Source of the DNA: Camelus dromedarius
Taxonomy: Eukaryota
Length of the DNA: 64,000 bases
Assembly: GCF_036321535.1 (NCBI RefSeq)
Contig: NC_087437.1
Location: forward strand, 89,468,001 to 89,532,000
Direction: 5' to 3'
Part shown: piece after piece, positions 26,410-40,464 of the stretch
Layout: every line of letters starts with the position of its first letter
Numbering within the stretch: the stretch's first letter is position 1
Notes under the pieces: generated by a model
Databases searched by the model: none
What the model saw: the letters and a program-made list of their open reading frames with translations, nothing else
What the model was told of the DNA's origin: nothing
Translations under genes and position numbers: made by a program

Positions 26410-28548
26410 TTAACTGCAGTACACCTGAAAAATCAGTCATCATCACTCATCCTCTGAGTCCAAATAGCTGTTTTTCTTTTTTTAAATAAATATATTTAAT
26501 ACATATTTACATAATGTATATGTATATATACATAAATACATAATTACATTATAGATGTAAGACTTAAGATACAGTGAATAACAGATTTATTAGAAATTTT
26601 AATAAGATTTTAAACATAACACACCATAAATTTTACTTTTTTTTTTTGAAAGCATGTACCCCAAATGGACATTCTTTGAATTCATTTAACTGCTCAGCAA
26701 CTTTTAAGCATGGACCTGAAACATTCTTATCTTGGAAATATTGATTCCAGATTTCAAACACATCTCTAATGGGTTCTAGTTTAGCACTTATCTTGTTCTT
26801 CTTGCATTTATATCACCAAAGCATAATGCCCTTGAATATTCCACTGCTCTTATTTTTTTAAAAAAAGAAAATGGTTGTCTTCTATGCTTCATAATTGTAA
26901 ACGTTTTATTTTCAGGTTTAGGAACACCTATTTAAAAAGCCAATAAATTGTTTTCCATGTCAATTAGATAAATATCCTTCCAATAATCTTTGCATGCATT
27001 TCAGCCTTCAGCTTTTGTCTGCTTATGAAATGTATCAAGTATGTTTTGGTAAACAAACATAATAAAAACTGAAAATAGTCATTTTTTTTTAAAGAAAAAA
27101 AAACCACTCCTCATATCCTTATCATAAAGCATGCATGATGAAATACCTTCCGTTGAATGAAGTACTGCCCGAGAACATCATATTTCATTTTTTTGTCCCT
27201 AGAAATGATGGTTCACTTATTCAATACTGCTTACTAATTCTGGAGTTTGAGAAAATTCATGTAATTTATGGTCATCTAAAGACATAAACTTCACCATCAT
27301 TATTAGAATCTTGAGTGGTACTGACTCTGCATGTATTTTCTCATTTGCCTATTAATTTTGAAACTTCTGTTGTCAATGCTCTACTCATTGCCAATACAGA
27401 TGGAAAACCTGAAACAATTCTGTGTTCTTAATTCTGTATGATGAAAACTTCAACAAAATGCTACAAAGAAGGTGGCACCAATGTCTCTTATAAACCTTTT
27501 TGAAGAATGATACAATATTTTAGGCAGTGTAACAAGAAAATTGACAGATGATTAAAAGTTGATTATTTGTTTCACTATTGAATCATCCTACCAGGTGATT
27601 CCACCATTCTTTTATTTCCTTAATCTCAATTAGAGTAACTTAGCAATTTCCAGTCCAAAATAGCAATGTAAGAGGCTCCTGAACTCATTTCCTTCCATGG
27701 ACATACTGAATCTACTGCTACATATGAAAAAATGCCCTCTGAATGAAGTCCAGAAACTAGTTAAATGATTCCCACATGTTAGGTGAAGGAGAAAAAAATT
27801 CATACTGTAACTGACAGGAGAGGCAGAGACACATCTTACCATAAACCCCACCCTTAGTATGGCAACATTCATTTGACAGAAACTCGTAACTCCCAAGTTC
27901 TCAAGGAGTGAAGAGTTTGGACTTAAAAACTTTTTAAGATTCCCACCTGCCTCCAGAACACCTAGCGCTGAACACCAATAGGCTGTGTGTCCACAAGACC
28001 ATAGAAACCAAAGAACAGTTCTTAAAGGGTTCTTAATGACTTGCCTGGCTACCCTCCCAGGGCTTGCAGCAGAGGCAGCAGACAGAAATGTCCATCCCCT
28101 AGTCTTTCCCAGAAAAGAGGCTTGTTTGTTTAAAAGCTACAGCCTGAGGGTAAGGCTCCTAATTTAACACAAATCTCAGGGCCAACATCAGCCCTCTCCA
28201 GAGACCAGGGAGGCTAGTAGGCAACATCTTCGTGCTGTCCCTCTGTGCCTTTCCAGACCACCCGTACATCCCAGAAAGGCGCTTGTGCACAGAATATACG
28301 GGAAAAGCAGATCATCAAGTTTCCATAATAAATCACATTTATAAAAGTCCCCAAGGGACCCTTGGAGACATAGAATAAAACTCACTTTATCCAGCTATTA
28401 AAAATGTAAACTTTCTCTTTATTTATTGAGAGATCTTTTAAAAAGAATAAAAGTCACGTAGCATCAATTCTCACAGTAGATAGAACTTCTTAAAAAGAAA
28501 CCGCAAAAGTTTGAGTTCAAAGGACCCTGAGAGTATTCATAGGGTTAA
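26410..28548 (-). mobile_element. piggyBac-family DNA transposon relic (Looper-like), interrupted by an L1 5' fragment
   Basis: Minus-strand translation of ~26785-26648 gives AKLEPIRDVFEIWNQYFQDKNVSGPCLKVAEQLNEFKECPFGVH, matching the piggyBac transposase KL.PIR..F..W...TVDEQL..FKG.CPF block; right end ...tagGG|TTAA at 28545-28548. Confidence 0.85.
27635..28300 (+). mobile_element. L1 5' UTR fragment (L1M-type)
   Basis: ttccagtccaaaatagc...ctcctgaactcatttccttccatggacatactgaatctactgctacatatg...ccagaaactag resembles an old L1M 5' end. Confidence 0.7.
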
Positions 28549-29699
28549 ATTTAAATATTTTACACTGATAAAAGTTGAATATGTTCTTTATAGGTAATTT
28601 TAAAGCTGGTAATAGGCACACTTATCAAAAACTGTGTCATCCAAATCTGCCTCCTTGAACTCACGAAAGGTATGAAACTTGAACCTACTGCCCAGATTTT
28701 AAATTACTGAATTCCTAGTTAGTAAAATTCACTTCCTTAGGCTTTTCAAATTAAAAAGGTTTACTGAAACATTTTGGCAATATATTTTTCTAAAATCTCA
28801 TGGTTTTTAAAATATATCTAGAATAAGTTTTCAAATATTGTAAGTTTATTATCATTCAATTTCTTAGTTTTTGTCTATGGTTTAAAATTAAGGTCACAGA
28901 AAAGGTCTTGCTTTTAATTAAATTTTTGTTGGCATTATATATTTTGCAAAAGTAAACTTTTTGAGTGCCCGGCCAAAGATCCAGTATTTGATTGCAGAAT
29001 TCTGATGGGCTTTTCCCTATTCAGGGAGAAAGTTCAGCTCATCCAAGGACATCACCTTGGGAAATAAACACCAGCTCTGCATGAGAAAACAGGGCCATGA
29101 CATCATTTTGGCTGAAGATAGCTAAAATTTATTGATAGAGGTTAGAAAACCTTCACTGAAGTGGTTATGTCAGAGTCAGACCATTCAGACGGCAGAAACG
29201 GGTATTATGTGAATAATCTCCAGAGCATAAACTGCCGTTTAGGAAAAATATCTAATAGTGGTCATCGTTCTTGCTTTTGATAGGCCACAATTAGCAAAAT
29301 CACAAGTAAGAAAGTTGGTGTTTGTGTCAGAGTATTTCTCTCCGTAGTAAAGATTTCCCAAGTATATGGGTAAAGATTAGTTACTAAAATTGCAAAATAA
29401 GGAGTCCTCCCTGCTATGTGTACATCTACGTAGGGGTGACACCATGACATCCAAACAGATGGGAAATCTGAGTGGGTAAATTAGCAAGTTTAATAAAATA
29501 CTGCATATTCAAAGGAACTTTGCCCTATATTGCCACTTGGCAAGTCTTAGCTGTTATAATTTCTAGATATTTATCATTTAACTTACTCTATTACTCACTT
29601 ATTTTAGACTGAACACCACCAGCACAATGGTAAGTACAGTGATCCGTATTAGGTTGTCACAAATACTAGCCAGGTGGTCCAAATGCATACTGTCTACAT

Positions 29700-29845
29700 G
29701 TCAGGTCCACAAACATCCTAGTTTGCCTAGGATAATCCTGGCTTACAACTAGTTTTGTTTTGTTTTGTTTTGTTTAAGTTTTTAATATTGTCTGCCTTTA
29801 CTCGAAGAGTTCTGGTTTCTGAGAGAAATCATGTGGTCACTCTAC
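29700..29845. mobile_element. MER94-like hAT-Blackjack element with (GTTTT)n insert
   Basis: catcctagtttgcctaggataatcctgg...atgtggtcactcta. Confidence 0.6.
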
Positions 29846-32800
29846 CTTTAAGAATCTAAAAGGACTCATCCAATATTCCCTTAGTTTTCACTAGTGAATT
29901 TTGTCTGTGATAAAAATTACTCAGGATAGAGGTGAGAAAACCCAAACCTTGGCACCATGCCACCACCAGGAAAACTTTCTGTCAGTGGAAGGCATTGGGC
30001 TGAAGGAGCTAGCAAACAGAGTTCTGAACCATTCAAAGGCCAGACTTAAGTCTGGAGTCTTTGTTGATTCTTCTGCTGTATCAAGTTCAGTATTGGGTAG
30101 GTAGGAACAATAAGCACTAGCAGATAGATAAGTTCTTAGTTCAACAGACAGCCAAGAGAATGACTACTCAATATATTAGAATAATACCTATTTGCGGTGA
30201 TTTTAGAGAAGGCCTTCCTGAAACACACACCCACACACAAACAGGTCACTGAGATTTCGTTGTGAATGAACTTTTCTTTTTAGTGAACACAGTAAAGAAT
30301 GAATAAACTTCTCTCTGATGTCCTTTGAAACAAGGTATGCCCTATAGGTGTCAACAATAGATTTGGAAAAAAGAAAGAAAAACTAGAGCAAAAATGTATT
30401 TCTACTGAGAAGAAAAAAAAAAAAAAAGGGCTTGTCTTTACAACCAAATTGAACGTAGAACATAATCTGAAAAGGAAGCTTCTGATTCTAGTTAAGAGTA
30501 TTTCTCCTCAATTCTGTATTTTTCTAATTAGGATGGCTTGAATATTAAAAAGACTTTTCCAGCCCATGCCAAGAATTTATTTGTGAGCTACTGCCATACC
30601 TGAATAAAAAAAATTATGATGTAGAACTGCCAAAATGTATTATGCAACCAGTGAATTCTAAACTAGGACACTGTGATCTCCTGGTGTGACGCAGGCAGAC
30701 TGCAGCGCCAGGGGAGCACAGGGGCTTCAGTGAGAACTGCATCGCTACCAGCACCTCACCCTGAAGAGGAAATAGGACAAATCCCAGCAGAAACAAGTGT
30801 TTAAGACTTAAAGCATCAGTACACAAGCACAAGGTATTTTAAACCGTTACTAAAAGATAAGGAATGTTCAGTCACCCTGAGTGGTCATCAGCTTCTTCCT
30901 TAATCCTGCTCTTCCGTATGGAGTCCCTCACGTAGTCAGTAACTCCACCATCCATCTGACAGCCGAAGGCAATCCCTGGATGCATTTTTATCTCTCATTA
31001 GTCTCCTACACATACCCCCACAGCCTTGCCCAACATCAATGAAATTTTATGCTCACGGCACCCTCTTGTCAATATATGTTAATACAAGATTGGGAATTCA
31101 CCCATATTTTTTGGCAACCTATGAAGGATGTCTGAGAGTTACCAGTTAATCATATGTTCCTTCTGTGGGCTGGAATCTACTTTGACTCTTTTTCTCAATG
31201 AGATGGAATGTTCAGGACCTTAAGAGATAGATGTTATCAAATGTAGTAACACAGGCATTTGATATTAGGCAATATCACATATTCCATGCATGCTTCTCTA
31301 AACATGAACATACTCAATCATCTGAATAGTCCTAGGCTCCTCAAGATGGCTGGCAGAATAATCCTGCTCTCACCTTACAGCCCCAATTCAGTAGAGTCTG
31401 AACTTCCAAGAAAGCACGTTCTGAGAATTGGGATTACTCTCGTGAAACTAAGATTGTTGGCCATGGTAAAATCCAAGTAAAACTTCCATTTTGTATATAC
31501 AAAGGCAGTTTCTTTTTAATTTCTTCAGGAGTCAGGCATATCAAAGAATAAGTAAGCGAGATTCTTAAAAGGGTTGCTTATTGCAGGTGATACTGAAAAA
31601 TTGGTTACACGTTCCAGGCACTGCACTAAATTTAGTGAATAGGATAATAAGCAAAACAAACAAAAATCCCTCTCCTCCTACATTTATATTTTTTTTTCTT
31701 GGTTTAAATACTCAACTCATTGTTAAAGAAGAGAGCAAAGTTACCATGGCCCACCAAAGAACAATTCATCTTGTTTTGTTTTGTTTCTGTGAGAAATAAA
31801 AGTTTTTTCTGTGACAGAATGCCAGAGATCTCAATCTCCATTTGGAGACTGATGACACCAAAAACTTTCCATTCTTATTTCAAATGACTAGCCCATGTCC
31901 CTACAGGGAGGACATTTATTATGTTTGTTATCCAAGATCCATTTCCTGTACTTTTTGTAACCATTCCAATATTCTGCTGGGAAAGACCTTTTCCCTACTG
32001 GATACATTCTGCTGATATGGCCAATCAAGACTGGAAAAAAACTGGAGATGCTGGTCCCAGACTCACTCCCACAATGGTGACCTAGAGAAACTACCCATTG
32101 TGTCTTGCTACCTGGAATCCAGGTTCTTCCCTGGCTCCTGCACTGCTTTCTCAGCATCCAGTTATCCCTGTGAGCTCCATAAATCACCGTGTGAAATCTC
32201 CCTTTGCTTAGTTAGCTTCAGTTTCCCTTGTTTGCAGTCCAAGATTCCTAATACAAGCACCATGGATTCTTCCAGAGGCGCTGACCACATTCCCTGGGCT
32301 CAGAGCACGCCTTATACTACCCAGCAACAAGCACCGAGACAAGTATAGTTTACTTAAAATGAAAATGAAATTGCACACAAAGAGGGTATTAAGATTCATC
32401 CTCTAATTTATTCTTATAAATTATTCCCCATGATTAATGTAGCTGGTAGCTAAAACTGTTGCCTGGACACAACACAAAAATGCCAGAAAATTATTTTGCT
32501 GGATAGTAAAAAGCTACTGACTTTTATACCAGATTATTATTACAGCAATTACCCAGCTGACATGCTGAAGCCTTTAAGATATGCGGCCCTTGGGATGGCA
32601 AACAAGAAGTTTGAAATAAATGAAACTCAAATACCAGAATCATGTTGATGGTCAGCACTGCTCCTCTTGGCAAAAAAGTGGTTTCTTCTCTTCCAAGAAA
32701 CAGTCTGCATGACACTTGGGTAGACATTACTTTCCTCCCAGTCACACATTAATTGACTACCCAGGTGCTCAGAGCAAGGAGCATAACACTAAGTGCTTAT

Positions 32801-34454
32801 TTAAAAAAAAAAAAAAAAAAAGGAAAACCTTTCAAGAAAGCACAATGTAATCTCAAACATTATTGGCTTGATAATAATTAATACCTGGGGGCTAGCTTGT
32901 AGCCTAAATCAATAATGGTTATTTTGCCCATCTCAAATCTATAAAATTCCAGCCATGATCCTTTCTCCACCCGCCTTGCCATAAGAGCTAAAAGCAAAGT
33001 CTGTGTCAAATTCTTGATTCCGTATCTATGGCAGACACAATGCAAGAGATAAAAACCTAATGAGTTTCTACAAACACAACCAATTTGTTAGCATTGACTG
33101 GTCACTTCAGTGAAAGAGCCAGTCAATTGAATCAAATTGGCCAAACTGGCCTTAAGCTGAAGTGACAAATGGATGCAGTCAAAATAATCAAGCTAAGTAA
33201 ATAGACTGGGTGTGTTGACTCCAATATCCTTCTTATGGTTCTGAATCTTAACATTTTTGCTAATAAGCCCTACTCTTCTCTGAGCGGAAGAAAAACGATA
33301 GTGTTGGGGAACACGAAGCAAGCTGCCTGCCTACCCTCGTGGTCAGAACCAACCATCTGAATGAGCAAAACCTGTCGGCAAATGGAATCAGCTTTCTCCC
33401 CACCTCCTGAGTGAGGGCATGCCCAGGAGTCCGACAGCAGGTTTTCTAATCATAGGCATGTGAAGAATCCAGAAGAGACATTGCCCCTAGCCACAGTATA
33501 ATTGGTTATATACATACAGTATAAACATACATTTGCTGGACAGTGGACACAGGAACACCGAATTAGACAACACCCCCAAGTGACTCTACCAGGAGTCTAG
33601 GAAGAATAGACAGCAGAGAGGGCTTTCTAAAGCCCCGAACAATCATGGTAATTCACTTCCAACCGTTGCCCTGCTGGCACTCTTCCTAAGCAGACAGGGG
33701 AGAACTGCTGCATCTCTCAGATAACAAGGTAATTAATGTTAAAAAGGAAGGCCATATTGAGGAGGGTCAGCTGTAGCTTCAGAATTATAAAAAGGTAGAA
33801 TTAAAGAGCTGATTTCCATTTGGCGCTAACTTTTTTTTTTCCTCAAGCTTATTTTAAAGAGATTTGAAAAGGCAAGGGTAGAGATCCGAAAAAACAAAAG
33901 CTATTATAGGAAAATGAAATTCCTTTCCTCTTAGCCTTTTTGTATTACAGAACTTTTCTGAAGCCCCAATGGCATTCCTTAACCCAGACTTCCAAAATAA
34001 GTTTCATCTACTTAAAAAAAAAATATCATAGAATTTGTTCACAAACACCTTTAGGGGTGATGCCTGAACTAAGGATGTGCCCCAACATTCCACCCTGATT
34101 CTCTACTTTGCAGGTAAATACATAATCACTATTTGTTAATTACTCTAACTACAATTATTGTAGCATAACATCTTAGAAATTTTACCATCAGAAGATAGTG
34201 AGGGGCTGGCAGAAAGCTATATATGTGGGAGGATTATGTAAGATTTAAATGTCCTACATTAAAAGACTAAGACAGAAATTTAATATTACTTTCAATATCT
34301 AACACTGAATTCATAATAAATAACAATAGTAACTTTTGTCTTTAAATATCAAACAAAAGAAAATATGCAGCTTTATGCAGGAGCTAAAAGAAATAAATGA
34401 GACCGTGAGAGATACTAACTAGGCTGACTATGAGAAGCTCTAATCATAAATGTG

Positions 34455-34705
34455 GTAATTAACATGTACCACTCTCTGCTAAATACTAGGCTTAATGTTT
34501 TAATATATATTAACACATTTAAATTTCATAACAACGCTAAGTTGTAGTTATGATTTTTACCCTCATGATTTTAAGGTGCTAAGAAAACTGAGGCACAAAG
34601 AAACTGAGCAACTTGACAAAGGTAACACAGCTAATAAGTGGGGGAGCTAGGATTTGAACCCAGAAAATCTAGCTCTGAGACCCACCCTCTTAATCTACAC
34701 ATACA
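34455..34705 (-). mobile_element. MIR SINE, near full length
   Basis: gaaaactgaggcacaaag...aacttgacaaaggtaacacagctaataagtgggggagctaggatttgaacccag. Confidence 0.92.
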
Positions 34706-37700
34706 GAAGCTCTTAAAATAAAATACCTGGCTACTTGTATAAATGAAATAATAATATATATAGCTCAGATTTGAATGTTACGTTGGATATAAGCACAACC
34801 ACTCAAGGAATGCTAATACTAATGACAGAAGAAATAATAGTACATAAACTTCTATATAGCACTCTAAAAAATGTTGACACATTTTTTAAATTACATTTGT
34901 GATGCTATTTACTTATGTGTATATACCACATTCACACACTTCATTACTTAGTGATGAAATATATGTCTAGAAACAACACCCATCATGGAAATTTTTAAAA
35001 GTTTTAATTTCTTCTTTATAATTACCTATAATGTCTATTTTTTGAAATAAGTATACATGTACTAACTCAATCATAAATATAATTGATCAGTTTGGATTTG
35101 GGGCAAACGATCTTGAATAAAATTACTTTCTAAGTCTTAACAAGCTTCTAGAGATTGTGTATATGACAACAACTGTTATCCTATGTCCACAGTCATGAGA
35201 GGACAAGTTTAATGGTTTCATTAAAAGCCTGGCAGATAGAGAACAAGTCAGGATTTGGGAAAATCGGATTTCAAACTGAAGTGCACAGTTGGCTAAAATC
35301 TATGATACTAGCTATTTCTTAAAACATGTCTTAACCCATGTTAAGTGACTATGATACAGAGCATCTCCAGCCTCTGGTCATCCTTCCAACCTCTCAACCC
35401 TGCTGCATACACAAGCACTAATTCCATTACAGAAAAGCAGCAAAAAGTAAGAGGAGGGAGTCACAAAAGCTCTCTGAATATTTTAGATTTTTCAAAGGCT
35501 AACTTTATCACTAAGGAAAAACCTACGCAGCTCCCACCTCCTGAAAGTGAGGTATGCTGTAAAATGCAGGAAAAGGACGGTCATGGTTCCCAAGCTTCAG
35601 AAAGTCCACGCAGAGCATTTTCACCCAGGAGAAGGTCTGCCTCATTAACCTTTAGGTGATGGCAAGTGAGGGAGACAGAAGAAAGGGGCTAGAAAGGCTC
35701 AAGGAGAGACGACAACAAGACAGAAGGAAGATGGGTTGTGACAGGGATGATCTCTAAAGGAAAGAAAAAACACGGACATTGGCGACACAAATGGGAAGTG
35801 ACAGGGAGAAACTGCTTGGGACTGTAAATGAGCTCAGTGGGAAAAGAAGTGGAACACGCGTCAGAATGAAACCACTGAATTATGGGATTCTGCCCCCAGA
35901 ACTCTTAGCATAGCAGTATTGTCTCCCAGCTGTCAGAGCAGAATTCGATGTATTATACATCCTCTTGCCTTCCCCACCCTGTTCTCAGAGAAGCAGCAAA
36001 GTCAACTGAGACTAGAAAATGGAACAATCCTTTTCTTTTTTTGCCTCGTCTTTGCTTCTTGAATTAGTGAGAAAACATAAATGTAAATTTTCCCTTTGTG
36101 GCTGTATTCTCACTGAGTGGTGACACTTCAGAAAATCCTAGTGAGAAAATTTAATTCTGTGTTTTCTTCTCTGCATCAGGGCGGATGTCCCTTTGAACGT
36201 GCTAATGGACTCTCTCCTGTTCAGAGTCTAGTACGTTTACCTCCAACTCTTTTCTATCAAAGATCTTTTAAAATGAAGAAATCTGGGATGTAAATATCTT
36301 AATGTATTCCCTGTGTTCGAACCTCACGTGTTTCCTGGTTGTATTTAGGTGTTGTCAATAGACTGTATTTTATAGGGAGGCCCCCGACTCTGAAATTTAG
36401 GTAACAAACCAATTGCTCCCTGCTCAGCATCCACTTTATAAGGATAGCTCCATTCCACTTGGAATTAAAGATATTTAACACCTCTCTGCTACTGTGAAAT
36501 GTTGCAGACTTATGTAATTGAGTTCAGCGGAGGCACATCAGCTCATGCTCATGAATGCTGGACACCAAGAGCTGTGGCCATTCTCCACTCGACTCCATGC
36601 AGTCCAGCTTTCATATGAGTACCCAGATGAACACTCACCATGCTGTGTGTTCAATGCCTCTCTGCATGCTTGACTTGGTTGGTAACAGATGCTTAAAGAT
36701 GAAGAACAATCATAGTCAGGAAGTAGGTTGGTTTGAGTAAAGCTTTTGAAACAGTAAAGTTTTTATTTGATGTAGGTTTCTAACAGAACACACACATACA
36801 TAGAGAGTAGTTATTAAGTCAGAGATTGGAAGCCAGCAAAATGGTCTTGTAAAACCTTAAAGCACTGCTGTGTCTAGGAAAAAAAAAATGGCTGCTTTGC
36901 AACAAAGCACAGGGTGACAGGCCTGTGAAGGGCACAGCAAAAGAGGCTCTTTAACATGCACTTGAAGACCCTGGACCAAGTGGAATTCCCCCTCCAAGGA
37001 AAAAATGAGTGATTTGCAGGGTTTGGAGAGATACATTAATTAGAAAAGTTTGGGGGTGGGGAAGATAACATGAGAATGGGCTGGAAGTCCATCACCTCAT
37101 CATTCACTACGTATTGGATGGTGGGGGCCAGCAGGAGTTGCCAAAGTACACACATATACAGAAGACTGAGCTACTTTTTCCAGTTCACTCCCAGCTCCCC
37201 CAAGAGAGAAGAAAGTGCGAAGATCTGAGACTCAAGGTCCACACTCCTTATGCTAGCAGAAGCCATGGGACAGAGAGGAGCAAAGACTGACTTCCCTCAG
37301 GTTTCACTTCAAGGTGTCGCACTATGGGATCAATTCGGCCATTTTCTTGTCTGTGAGATGTAAGAGATAACATCAGGCAGCCTCTATGAGCGTTTGTCAA
37401 GTGTGAGGAGAATTTCCCAGGTGAGTGAGAAGTGTAACACGAAGGAGGAGGGGCTCCCCATCATCACAGCAGGCAGGAGCAGAAGCAGAGTGAGGAGACA
37501 CAGCGAAGGACAGAGTGTATTTCAGTGTCTCAGGGACATGCGTGGAGGTGACGCAGAGAGCACCAGCTGACATTCACACTCATTACCAGCACCGTCCACA
37601 GGAGGAACTGACAATCCCAGAGCCTGGAAATGACCACAGCAGGGACACTGCTGACTGCAGTTGTTCAGGGCGAAATATAAAGTCTTGAGGAAGACCCAAG

Positions 37701-38521
37701 AATCAGAAAGGATGGCGTTTTCAAAGAAGAGGGGATATATTTCTTTCCATTCTTTTTCCATTTAAGGCCTGTGAACTGTGACCTAGTAGGGGGAATCAAA
37801 TGCCTCAGAAACAAGATATGGGGACTAACTATTGAGAATTTTTATTAAGATGCTGGCATAGTTGGCTTGGCTCCAGTGTAAAAAAATAATATAATTTCCA
37901 ATGAAAATAAGACTTTGAATCTAGAGAAAATAATTACTGAGTTCTATAAAAATACATAAAATTGTCCTCACTGTATTGTCTCATTATTGACTTATTATTT
38001 TTAATGCCATATTTGTCGACCATTTCGGTAGGAAAATAGACATCTGTAAAATGTAAAATTATTTAAAAACAATACAGCTTATGAGTTCAAAGCATTGACC
38101 TCCAAAAAAAATCACATACAACAGAAAAAGAGATGATCTGTCCTCTTACAAATGATTTAAAGCAAATCATATACAAATTAAAAAAAAAAGTATGAGATTA
38201 AACAACACAAACTATTGAAATTATATTTTAAATTTAAATTTAAACATTAAAATTCTGAAAGGACAGATATTTAATTTCACCAAATTAATTATATTCATTG
38301 TTTTCAAAAAGAAATATAGTTGAGTCATTTTTAAAAGGAATTTATTATTCTGCCTCATTAAGAATAAAAAAATCAGTCACTCAATAAAAGTAATAAGATC
38401 AACATCATCTTATGAATCGTAAGAATTCATAGCAGATAATAATGAGTATATGACCTTGTGGGCTAGATGAAAAAGAGGGAAATAATGATCAAAGTAAATC
38501 AAGAAAGAGAGAAACATAATA

Positions 38522-38790
38522 AAGGCCCATAATCCTTTATCTGAAACTCTTGGAGTCAATGGATTTTGCGTATATCATATACTATGTAACATCTCCATCC
38601 ACACTCTGTAATTTAATGTCTTGTTTCTCAACATTCACACCAAGTGGGCTAAATAAGACTATCAGTGCTAATATTAGTTTAGGTCAAGTTTAGCCACCAA
38701 ATGTGGCTGCTGCCAAACATAAAAAAAAAGAAAAAAAAAAGGATCATTTGTTTTTGCTCTTAGAATTACAAAAATGGGGTTATGAACCTG
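38522..38790. mobile_element. TcMar-Tigger non-autonomous element
   Basis: Imperfect TIRs aaggcccataatcc / ggttatgaacctg, flanked by TA dinucleotides. Confidence 0.72.
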
Positions 38791-39599
38791 TATTTTATAC
38801 CACACACAAATCTAAGAACTTCACTGTTAATAAACATTTTATGTCCCATAGGGGCAATTTGAATAATTGCAAAAACTCAATGGAAACGTAAAAGCGAAGG
38901 GTGTACATACACTGTATTGACTTGCAGAGGACTCTGCGGCCTCTGATGCCATACAGAAATTCCTAGGAGCCAAGAGGATAATGACTGAGTTTGGGATGTT
39001 AACAGAAAGAGATTTATGAATAGTGTTCAAATATAATTTCAAGTGATGTAAATGTTTGAAAGATTGTTAAATAAACAGTTTTAAGTTTTTAATCACTCCT
39101 TCACCAAGTTATTGAGAAATAAATGGATTACATCCACTGTAGAACTTCTCATCCTTGCAATGACATACTCTGCAGGCAGGAATCACAGGGGGCAACCCAT
39201 ACTTTAAAAGGGTTCCCTCATTTCAGTAGAGTCTTGAGATGATGCATATGGTTCCTGTAAGGCAGCAGGGACTGAACTGTGATCATAATGATGTGACGAT
39301 CAGACATTTTCTGTAGTAGCTTTATTAATTTTGATAGCCCTAAAACTGTAATAGATTGGCAATAGACTCAAAGACCAACTTTACATTTAGAAGTAAAACA
39401 AAAACAAAACAAAACAAAGATCATAGATCTGATAAATAAAAGCCTAACATAAATCACCAGAATAAGTAATCATGGCTTTGCACCCAATGCCCAGACCTGA
39501 GTCAATCTATACAGCTGGAGTCTCTTCTTAAAAGGGACTGTGTGACCTTGAGAAAACTCTAACAGTTCTACAAGTATGTATTTCCAGACACTTTCCTTA

Positions 39600-39805
39600 A
39601 GAGACCTGAAATCGTTTACCATGTAACTGAATTAGAGAAAATAAATAGGGTTACTGGATACTGAGTCTGAAGTGATGATAATCTCTGGGCACTCAGAACA
39701 CAATGCGGCTTGAATGTCAGGTGATAAACGGAGTTTTGGTCCAGATCTGTCTTTGTTTTCCCACTTCCAGAATGCAAAGTAGGAATGGACATTCCTAGAA
39801 ACTAA
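39600..39805 (+). mobile_element. ERVL protease relic
   Basis: gggttactggatactgagtctgaagtgatgataatctctggg = GLLDTESEVMIISG versus ERVL GLLDTGSELTLIPG; followed by QVINGVLVQI and PECKVGMDI. Confidence 0.75.
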
Positions 39806-40464
39806 TATAATCCAACAATTGGCTATATTTATTCATATGATCATCATATTCCTAACTTTGTGACTTATCAAATGTAACTATTTTAAGTTATTATTTAAGA
39901 AGTTAGCCTTGGTTTTCATAGAGTTAATCTTCACATATGAAGAATTATCCATTATTATATTATCATACAATTGATCAAAAAACCTTGTCATCTTTGATTT
40001 ATAAGGCACCACAAGTTTTCCTCATCAGCAAAAACACACATAAAGGCCACTCCTTATCAAATATAATTTTATTTAAAGAAGAGCTTCCCAACCAATGTGC
40101 TGCAGAGTTAGTTTTAATTGGGTAATTACAATCCTTTCATTGTGATTAAAAATTCTCTTCACCAATTTGAAAATTCTCTCACCTTAGAGTGTAAAACATG
40201 CTACAGTTTCTCTAATATAAACTGAAGTTTTAAAGATATTTTTTTCTCTCTCTTGCCCTTCATGTAATTTCAAACTGAAGAACATATTCTATTGCATTAC
40301 ATTAAGAATATTAAGAACTCTGAGGTAAAATGTATGTATACTACCAAAGATGTAGTAATAATAATGAAGATGGTAATAACAATACTAGTAAATATTATTA
40401 CAACAATAATAAAAGTATAGTTTAAACAAATAATAAAAGTATAATTTAATTAACCTCCTCAAAG

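Noticed and set aside
29043..29060. Inverted NR5A/ERR-like half sites ccaaggacatcaccttgg
   Set aside because: Both half sites are imperfect; expected by chance in 64 kb
30700..30720. CTCF-like gcgccaggggagcac
   Set aside because: An extra base breaks the GGC core spacing
32803..32821. Long poly(A) run as a retrocopy tail
   Set aside because: No TSD or recognisable element body upstream; the same applies to other isolated A/T runs
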